Shown here one piece after another: positions 36,071 through 44,831 of a DNA stretch of 44,831 nucleotides (positions are counted from its first letter, which is position 1; each line of letters opens with the position of its first letter). This stretch comes from Octopus bimaculoides (lineage: Eukaryota): positions 6,363,574-6,408,404 of the forward strand of contig NC_068993.1 in assembly GCF_001194135.2 (NCBI RefSeq), written 5' to 3'. The notes beneath the pieces were generated by a model, which saw only the letters and a list, made by a program, of their open reading frames with translations, did no database searches and was not told the origin of the DNA. The position numbers were made by a program, and so were the translations under genes.

Positions 36071-36560
36071 TCCATCCATCTTCTCCGTCCACTATTCTTC
36101 GACGGATTATAGGGATAGTGTCTTCACGCACCACCTCCATAGGATCCTGTCAGAAGCAACCATCATTACACTTTTCGGCTCTATTTCCAAACGTGACCAA
36201 CTGAAACTATGGATATTATTTAACCATCACGTTCATGGTCTACCCCTTGGTTCAGCTTGAAGAATTTGTCTTGAGATTCTTTCCTGGAAAATTCTAATCA
36301 CACGTCTGCAGTACTGGAGCTGTGACTTTCCAATGTGGAGAAGCAGCGGCTCCCTTTGAAACGATTTTTAATCCTCACTAACACAGCAGTCCCCATCAGC
36401 GCATAAATTGATTAAATTTTTCAATGAAAACAATGTTAAGGCCAGCTTTTCTTGCCTGGATAACATCGCTTCCAGATCACACATTGAATCGAAAACCTAC
36501 ACCCACAGATCTCTTACCCGTCTGCCAACCTGTAACTGCTGAAATTAATCTCCCTTTTTA
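36071..36560 (-). mobile_element. RTE-clade LINE 3' end, decayed
   Basis: Minus-strand IRIFQERISRQILQAEPRGRP*T*WLNNI...VASDRILWRWCV matches the RTE C-terminal RxPRQIL..RGRP..TW...DRxxWR pattern; ends in short GATG repeats. Confidence 0.7.
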
Positions 36561-36739
36561 TTCAAAGTAGTCTCTCTTTCCAAATAAGTTGTTTACCGAG
36601 CATCCACAACATCCCGCGACCCACCTTCATTAGTACTCCGTAGATATACCATTACCTGTCATCTTTCAATAAACATTCTCCGGTTTATTTTAAATGGTAT
36701 ATGCTTCGCGTATTAAGCTCCAACTTTTATCGCACGTGC

Positions 36740-36868
36740 ACGATGGGTTTCTTTCAGTTTCCGTCTATCAAATACACTCACAGAGCTTTGTTAGACCTGA
36801 GACTATAGTAGAAGACATAACCCGGAACCATGCGGTTCGAAAGCAAGCCTCTTATCACACAGCTTGCA
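36740..36868 (-). mobile_element. SINE family A 5' half, internally deleted
   Basis: tttctttcagtttccgtctatcaaatacactcac...aacccggaaccatgcgg. Confidence 0.75.
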
Positions 36869-36923
36869 CTTATATATTGTCCACTTGTGTTCCCTTTTCC
36901 CTTGCTACATACACACTAATTCT

Positions 36924-37163
36924 AGGCAGTGAGTTTGCAGTCGTTAGAGCGTCGCATGGAATTCCTTGCTGTATCAATACCGGCATCCAGCATTCTGAGT
37001 TCAAATACCGTTGACGTTAACTTTACCTTTTTGGTTTTTCGGGATCGATAAAAAAAGAACTACCATTTCAAAGCGGTGTGGTGGTACTGTAATAACTTCG
37101 AACCAGTGCTTTGCAGTATTTGTTCTGGCTCTTTATGTTCTAAGTTCAAATCTCGCAGTGGCC
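36924..37163 (+). mobile_element. Two degenerate tandem SINE family B heads
   Basis: ttctgagttcaaatacc and ttctaagttcaaatctc B-box regions. Confidence 0.55.
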
Positions 37164-39139
37164 TATATAGGTAATACACCTGATCAGTTTTACACGACCA
37201 ATTGGTTCTAGGGGTACAGGTGTACCTTTTTAGCGGAATCTTTTCTGCTGCAAATATTCGGGAATGTCTTTTGTTTGGAAATACCCTTCTCTTTCATTTC
37301 CACTTTTCGGAGGCCCTGTCATAGTTTCCAAACAAAAAAAAACTTGAGAGTAGGCCTCGCCGACCTGTCGTGTTTCCGACTCGTCTTATTAAAAACATTT
37401 TGTCGAGATTTATATTTTCTTCTAGAAATATATGAATATTTTATTTGATCGTCGAGAGATTCAAACTGGATAGTGAAGACAAAGGTAGTGGGAAGAGGAG
37501 AAACGATGAGCAGATGACAACAGTAGCATTTAATGTCTCGAAAGTTGATTAATCTNNNNNNNNNNNNNNNNNNNNNNNNNNNNNNNNNNNNNNNNNNNNN
37601 NNNNNNNNNNNNNNNNNNNNNNNNNNNNNNNNNNNNNNNNNNNNNNNNNNNNNNNNNNNNNNNNNNNNNNNNNNNNNNNNNNNNNNNNNNNNNNNNNNNN
37701 NNNNNNNNNNNNNNNNNNNNNNNNNNNNNNNNNNNNNNNNNNNNNNNNNNNNNNNNNNNNNNNNNNNNNNNNNNNNNNNNNNNNNNNNNNNNNNNNNNNN
37801 NNNNNNNNNNNNNNNNNNNNNNNNNNNNNNNNNNNNNNNNNNNNNNNNNNNNNNNNNNNNNNNNNNNNNNNNNNNNNNNNNNNNNNNNNNNNNNNNNNNN
37901 NNNNNNNNNNNNNNNNNNNNNNNNNNNNNNNNNNNNNNNNNNNNNNNNNNNNNNNNNNNNNNNNNNNNNNNNNNNNNNNNNNNNNNNNNNNNNNNNNNNN
38001 NNNNNNNNNNNNNNNNNNNNNNNNNNNNNNNNNNNNNNNNNNNNNNNNNNNNNNNNNNNNNNNNNNNNNNNNNNNNNNNNNNNNNTTCTTTTTCGGCTCT
38101 TGGATCTTGTATTGTATCACAACGCAAGAAATCGATATTTTCTTAATTCTCAGACATTTTAGGACCAGGAACGAAAATAGTTTCTTTTATTTAATTATCT
38201 AACCGGAAGTAAGTGCATGGTTACGAAGAATTTGAAAGGATTAACGTGACAAAAAATAAAGAATAGACATTTTCCAGTTGATTGGTAACTCGCTCCAAAC
38301 AGCTTAGAATGGTAGAGAATGGTACCTCCTTTAATTGAAGTTTCACAATAACTAGCGATGACGTTACGTTAAACTCAGATATTATCTTCAATAGGAAAAA
38401 AAACTGGCAGCGCCAAAACAACATACTGATCAAATAAAGAGTGGATTGCATCTTAATTAATGGATTAATCAATCACAGGCAGATTAAACTATCAATACAA
38501 CGTGTGAAAGAAATTTGCATTTTCTAGCAATTGCATTTTTATACGCATAAACATGCACAGCACTGCACATGTCGTACGTACATACGCAAGTACAGACACA
38601 CAAGTTAAACTTCAGAAATAAAAGAGATTCTAAATCTTCAATTGATTTAAGAACCGACAGTCAAATCACACCCAAATGTCTTGAAAATAGATCTACTCAA
38701 TCAATGGTTAATGTTTTAAATTTAGTACACCTAAATGAACAAAACAAAACAGATATGGTGGTCTTGATTGGAACACCTTTAAACATACACATAGCTTTAC
38801 TCCACCAAAGCTAATCTGCATATAACCATTTATGGCAACAACAGAAATAAGCGAATGAAGTGTGTGCGAGTGTGTTAGTTTTCGTTGTATTTCAGATATT
38901 TTGTAGTCCTATGGATATTTTATTAGTTTTTCTAGTCGCATAAGGATCCAGTCTCCTTGTATTCCCGATAAACATAAGCTATCTATAGTATATTGTGAGT
39001 GGTGTATTCTAAATACAGTAATTTTTCTTAGCAAAGTCGCTAATGGATACATACACACATATACGCACGCACATGCACGCACGCATACACATACACACTC
39101 ACATATACACACGTATGCACATACGTACTATGATGTTGG

Positions 39140-39282
39140 GGTTCGTCTACGAAATCCACTATAAAGGCATTGGGTAACGCAGAGATATAGTAGAAAACAG
39201 CTTACCCAAGATACCCCACAGTGGATTGAACCCAAAACCACGTAATTGCTAAAGAAACTTCTCAACCACATATCCATGCTTA
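39140..39282 (-). mobile_element. SINE family A head, degenerate
   Basis: cgtctacgaaatccact...tatagtagaaaacagcttacccaag...gaacccaaaaccacg. Confidence 0.6.
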
Positions 39283-39298
39283 CACCAAATCTATTTAA

Positions 39299-39390
39299 TC
39301 TTTATAGCATCCGGGTTATTCTTTATAGCATCCGGGTTATTCTTTATAGCATCCGGGTTATTCTTTATAGCATCCGGGTTATTCTTTATA
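39299..39390. repeat. Perfect 21-nt minisatellite (tctttatagcatccgggttat) x4.4
   Basis: Four identical units from 39299 plus a partial unit. Confidence 0.97.
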
Positions 39391-39677
39391 TCGATATATC
39401 TTTCCACGACTATTCAGATGCCGTGATCATTGTTTTGGTCAATCTCGTCAACAGTAATCCTTTGCTATCCTTAATCCCTCCTAGAATCTTTCAATATCTC
39501 TTGCTGTTGGTGCTACATTGATTTCGTGTGTTCTTCGGTTCTTACTACCCTCAACAACCCCCTCTCACCCCCGAATTCTGCCGTTACTTCTGTTCTTTCG
39601 TTTTTCCTTCTTTGTTTATTTTTTTTAGTCTTTGAGCAAAGCGTTTTGGAGTTAAAATCGAACTGTGTTTTGTTTTT

Positions 39678-40051
39678 AGGCACAGGCTTGGCTGTGTGGT
39701 AAGAAGTTTGCTTCTCAACCACATGGTTCCGGGTTCAGTCCAACTGCGTGGCGCCTTAGCTAAGTACTTTCAGCTATAGCCTCGGATTGACCAGAGCCTT
39801 ATGAGTAGATTAGACAAACAGAAACTAAAACTCCTGTCGTGTGTGTGCGCGCGCGCACGCATCTTTGTTTGTCCACCATTCACTGCTTGACAACCGTGTT
39901 CGCTTGCTTACGTCTCCGTAACTTTGCAGTTCGGCAAAAATGAGTGATTAAATAAGTAGCAGACTTGAAAAAAAAAGCAATAAACATTGGTGCTGATTTA
40001 TTCGACTAAAACCCTTGGAAGAGCTACTCCAGCATGGCCGCAATCTAATTC
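39678..40051 (+). mobile_element. SINE family A, near full-length
   Basis: aggcacaggcttggctgtgtggtaag head to ctccagcatggccgca tail; cut by N gap. Confidence 0.88.
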
Positions 40052-40348
40052 NNNNNNNNNNNNNNNNNNNNNNNNNNNNNNNNNNNNNNNNNNNNNNNNN
40101 NNNNNNNNNNNNNNNNNNNNNNNNNNNNNNNNNNNNNNNNNNNNNNNNNNNNNNNNNNNNNNNNNNNNNNNNNNNNNNNNNNNNNNNNNNNNNNNNNNNN
40201 NNNNNNNNNNNNNNNNNNNNNNNNNNNNNNNNNNNNNNNNNNNNNNNNNNNNNNNNNNNNNNNNNNNNNNNNNNNNNNNNNNNNNNNNNNNNNNNNNNNN
40301 NNNNNNNNNNNNNNNNNNNNNNNNNNNNNNNNNNNNNNNNNNNNNNNN

Positions 40349-40403
<55 letters not shown>

Positions 40404-40409
40404 TTCTCT

Positions 40410-40453
<44 letters not shown>

Positions 40454-41204
40454 GTTTGTCTGTCTCTCTCCCTCTCTCCGGTTGTAACTTTTCCTTATTA
40501 AATTCAATAAGGATTGAGATATCCTTTTTCTTATCTTTTTCCTCTGTATATATTTTCTTTTTCTTACTACGTTTCTCTTTCCTTGGCTTTTCTTTTTGAT
40601 ATTCCAACAAGAATAGATCAGAGGGATTAACCAGTTTTCTTTTCAACTAACATGGCTGTTGCATATATCATTTCATTTAATCTGGTGATATTGATGTTCG
40701 CGTCTGTTCTCATTAAACCGGTCACAACCAGGATTGCGTTTATTTTCTGTTTTTCCTTGTTCTTTCATTCTCGACATTAATCCCCAGATAGTATTTCGTT
40801 TCTCTATATACCAACATCGTATATTGATTCTAATTCTTCAATTATTCCCACCTTTCGACTGTCAGATTCCTTATTTCTATCATTAGAATTTTCCATTTCA
40901 TAAATCTTCATATTCGTTTTTTCCTTATGTTTTTGTTTGTGTTACTCTGATTCCGTTTTTCTTTTATTTTTCCAATTTTTATTTTGCTATATATTTTGGT
41001 CAGTGTTTTTTGTAAATGTTCTACAATTTGAATTTCGCTCTGTTATTTATTTTATTTATTTTTTTGACTCGTGTTATTTATTATATTTTCTTTATCTTCA
41101 TGACTTAAGCTTTCGATTTTTTTTCTTTACATTTGTGTTGTGTTCGTTCTATTTTTGTGTTTTCGTTTTGCATTTTATTTCTTTCTAAAATTTCTATATC
41201 GATT

Positions 41205-41237
<33 letters not shown>

Positions 41238-41249
41238 CGTTTTAAGAAT

Positions 41250-41280
<31 letters not shown>

Positions 41281-41412
41281 GTAATGTAGCTCGCCTTTTA
41301 GGATCAAACGTGATGTTTAGATAAGGGCTGTTTTCTTTTTCCTCCAAATTTAATACGAGAATATTATAGTTGTCTCCTTGTTGGCGACGTGTAGGATCAG
41401 AAAAAAATCTTT

Positions 41413-41684
41413 AAGCCAGTTAACAGCAGCAATCGTTTGCACGTCGGACAAAATGTTTAGCAGTATTTTTTTCTGGTTCTTTATACTAGTTCAAACGCCA
41501 CTGAGGGCGATTTAGCTTTCCATCCTTTTGGGGTCAATAAAATAAAATACCAATTGAGTAATGAGGGCGGTGTAAATAATTAATTTCTCCCCACCCCCTA
41601 AAATTACTGACCTTGTGGCAAAATTTGAAGCCATTAAGCTGGTTTGCTGGCAGAATCGTTAGCACGCCGGACAAAATGCTTCGC
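41413..41684 (+). mobile_element. SINE family B copy followed by a second family B head interrupted at 41684
   Basis: tagctttccatccttttggggtcaataaa...ccttgtggcaaaatttgaa, then gctggcagaatcgttagcacgccggacaaaatgc. Confidence 0.75.
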
Positions 41685-41842
41685 TATTTTTCGATGTTGT
41701 TGTTATTATTATTCAAATCACTGCCTGGAATCGAACTCGGGCATGTGGCGTAGTGGTTAAGAGTGAGGGCTACTAACCCCAAGATTCCGAGTTCGATTCC
41801 AGGCAGTGACTTGAATAATAATAATAATAACATCGAAAAATA
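41685..41842. repeat. 56-bp inverted repeat (arms 41685-41740 and 41787-41842)
   Basis: The left arm is the reverse complement of the B-box/(AAT)n segment of the adjacent SINE C; 53/56 identical by manual alignment. Confidence 0.95.
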
Positions 41843-41927
41843 CCTTATGAATGAGGTATTCGAAATATCCCCCAAGACACCTTATGAAGGCTGGAGGGTA
41901 TATCAGCCAAAACGTTGTGTTAACAAC
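41740..41927 (+). mobile_element. SINE family C with mutated hammerhead core and short 3' end
   Basis: ggcatgtggcgtagtggttaag (A box), ccgagttcgattcc (B box), gacacCTTATGAaggctggagggtatatcagccAAAAcgttgtgttaacaac. Confidence 0.9.
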
Positions 41928-43530
41928 ACCACAACAATAACAACGTAATTGATCAGAAAATCATAATTGATTTATAATTTAGACCCAGGGGCCAGCTATT
42001 TTAGGAGAGTAGGGGTTAATCGATACCAGCGATACCAATTCCTTGCTGGAACTTAATTTTATCGACTTTGAAAGGGAAAAAAAAGCAAATNNNNNNNNNN
42101 NNNNNNNNNNNNNNNNNNNNNNNNNNNNNNNNNNNNNNNNNNNNNNNNNNNNNNNNNNNNNNNNNNNNNNNNNNNNNNNNNNNNNNNNNNNNNNNNNNNN
42201 NNNNNNNNNNNNNNNNNNNNNNNNNNNNNNNNNNNNNNNNNNNNNNNNNNNNNNNNNNNNNNNNNNNNNNNNNNNNNNNNNNNNNNNNNNNNNNNNNNNN
42301 NNNNNNNNNNNNNNNNNNNNNNNNNNNNNNNNNNNNNNNNNNNNNNNNNNNNNNNNNNNNNNNNNNNNNNNNNNNNNNNNNNNNNNNNNNNNNNNNNNNN
42401 NNNNNNNNNNNNNNNNNNNNNNNNNNNNNNNNNNNNNNNNNNNNNNNNNNNNNNNNNNNNNNNNNNNNNNNNNNNNNNNNNNNNNNNNNNNNNNNNNNNN
42501 NNNNNNNNNNNNNNNNNNNNNNNNNNNNNNNNNNNNNNNNNNNNNNNNNNNNNNNNNNNNNNNNNNNNNNNNNGTACGTGTGTGTATATGTGTACGTGTG
42601 TGTATATGTGTGTGTGTATATATATGTGTGTGTGTGTATGCGTGTTTGTGCATATTCTTGTGTGTGTGTGTACATTTGTATATGCGTGCATACATATATA
42701 TGCTTATGTGTGCATACATAATATGTATGCTAATATGTAGGTGTGCGTGCGTATATATGATTATGAGCGTGCGTTTGCACATGCATGTGCGTGCATGTAT
42801 ATTTGTATGCTAGTGTGTGTGTGTGTGTGTGTTTGAATGTGCATATTTGCTTGTGTGTGTGTGTGTGTGTGTGATTGTGTGTGCACGCAAATATCGTGCT
42901 GTGTTTGCGTTACCGAGCTTCAGTTTCGTAGCAGCTCTTTACTTTTGTGTTCTCCAATTTATCAAAGTGACGGACGCGACTGGTGTGAAGTCACCTGATC
43001 AAAGGAGGTTCCGTTGTCGAGGTGCACCAAAACTGACAGCTCCTTTCATCATTCTTTAAAGTGCAGCCATTGATGTTCAAAGCTCCTTCTGAATGCACCA
43101 ACAATTTCAGAAATTATTTGACAGAGGATACTTACAAACGTATTTCTCTCCACCCTGTCTTTCTCGTATTTGTGAGTGTGTGTGTGTCTGTCTGTCTGTA
43201 TGTATGTATGCATGTATGTGTGTGTGTATGTAGCAATCGCATTGCTATCATACACAACGATTAATGTACCAACAAATCGATTGTTAAATAACCTCGGATT
43301 TACATTTTGTATAGATTTCCCGATGTATTTAACCTATACAGTATCTTATATTACTCGCTTGATATTCGAATATCCAGGTTCACACGCTGCACACGTTCCT
43401 TCCAAGCACTGCTGTAAACAGCAGACGTGAGCTAGAACGTTGAAACTTTGTGCGCATGCACAACAGAGTTCCAGGTCAATCTGTGCCAACCGGCTTTACT
43501 CTGCGTGCTTTAGCATTGCTACTATGGCAA

Positions 43531-43856
43531 CAGTCGGGATACTTATTGATCAAATTTCGTTTTCGTAAGCTGTTCGTAAACCGAAACTATTTTTCCTCAT
43601 TGGAAACTCATGACAAGGCACAGCGAATTCAAGCTGGTGTATGAACTGAGTGAAAGCTNNNNNNNNNNNNNNTTTCCTCATTGGAAACTCATGACAAGGC
43701 ACAGCGAATTCAAGCTGGTGTATGTACTGAGTGAAAGCTAGACTGCAACTGATTCTCTCCCATTGATACTCCGAGCTTGTTGCCAACCGTTATTGCTGGC
43801 ATGGGTGTTCGTTATCCGACTGTTCGTAAACCTGTTTGTTCATAAAAGAGATATTC

Positions 43857-43862
<6 letters not shown>
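43531..43862. mobile_element. Possible pogo/Tigger-like MITE
   Basis: ttcgtaaaccgaaactatttttcctcattggaaa near the left end and gttcgtaaacc...ttccacta+TA at the right end resemble Tigger-type subterminal motifs; TIR match is poor. Confidence 0.35.
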
Positions 43863-43911
<49 letters not shown>

Positions 43912-44284
43912 CTTACATACAAATATATTAATATATAATAGACTCATAGAGATTCTCACTGCTGATGAGAAAAGGGTTTCGACATAAAGTAATACAACTA
44001 TTTGGCTGGAAAGCCCCAAACAAATTATTCAATACAGGCGGAGTTCAAGAAATAAAATATTCAATTATTGATAAATATCAATTGGAAGGTTGGTGTTAAA
44101 GTCGTTGCAACAATGTCTTTTTTCACGTTTTTGTTTTTAGTAGTCGTATTATATGAAAGTTCTCGGTTCTCTAAGATGTTTACAGTAAATTCTAAAGCTA
44201 CGCAATAAAATTGAAGCCGTCAACGTTATATATGTATACGTTAGTGAAAAGTGCATACACACGCATATATAGAATGGTATTTCA

Positions 44285-44317
<33 letters not shown>

Positions 44318-44425
44318 ATATACACGCTCATATACATACATACAATTTTGTTAAATTATATAATTTGATATTAGATTGTGTGTACACATACGTACGTATG
44401 TATGTATACACTTTCTCTGTCTGTC

Positions 44426-44456
<31 letters not shown>

Positions 44457-44831
44457 TATGCGTATGTATGTTCGCGTATGTATGTATGTGACTATTTTAT
44501 ACATTTATTCACATAAAATACAATTTGCTTTTGTATTTCATTAGATGTCATTTTAATTTTCCCCATACAACGTTTCCTATCACCTTACACAGTATTTCAG
44601 TTTTCATCAAAGATATTCTTAAGTTTAATGTTGTTTTTTTTTTATCCTCTCTTCTCGTAACCTTTGTAGTAGAAACCATTATTCCAGTAGTATTCTTTTA
44701 TTCTGTTGCATAGATACGTTATATATATTTGTAAGATGCAATTTTATTAATTTCTATTTTCGTGTAGAAATTTTTTTTTTTTTTTTTTTTGTCGATGCTA
44801 GTATTTCCTTCCAAGTTTTTGAGATACGAAA

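Noticed and set aside
38826-38835. Perfect CArG box CCATTTATGG
   Set aside because: Expected by chance in 45 kb of AT-rich DNA; no supporting context.
41740-41811. Functional tRNA gene
   Set aside because: Acceptor stem pairs poorly, no T-run terminator, and it continues into the SINE body.
42985-43110. Minus-strand open stretch GALNINGCTLKNDERSCQFWCTSTT (FN2-like WCxTT)
   Set aside because: About 41 codons, within chance; cysteine spacing does not fit; weak acceptor.
43592-43739. 67-nt direct repeat either side of a short N gap, one mismatch
   Set aside because: Typical unmerged contig overlap or heterozygous allele, not a biological repeat.

Overview
Eukaryotic, AT-rich, microsatellite-dense, gapped draft sequence (about 17 N-runs). 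It is probably intronic or intergenic. The SINE repertoire matches my recollection of Octopus repeats (inference, not a database result). I found no intact protein-coding gene, and the ORF-track entries are microsatellite or N-run artefacts. The window holds four recurring tRNA-headed SINE families (my labels A-D), a mariner transposase fossil, an RTE LINE 3' end, a Helentron-type non-autonomous element and MITE-like fragments. Main observation: SINE family C has a tRNA-like Pol III head joined to a 3' region that folds as a minimal type I hammerhead ribozyme of the Penelope-like element (PLE) kind. The core is intact at 29551-29597 on the minus strand. Other copies show PLE-like insertion geometry: a 56-bp fold-back inverted duplication at 41685-41842 and a tandem pair starting at the ribozyme core at 5731-5982. 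Two decayed PLE reverse-transcriptase fragments lie in inverted orientation at 30420-31010. Together these suggest a ribozyme-bearing SINE mobilised by a PLE rather than a LINE; this is inference and untested. Boundaries of degenerate repeats are approximate.
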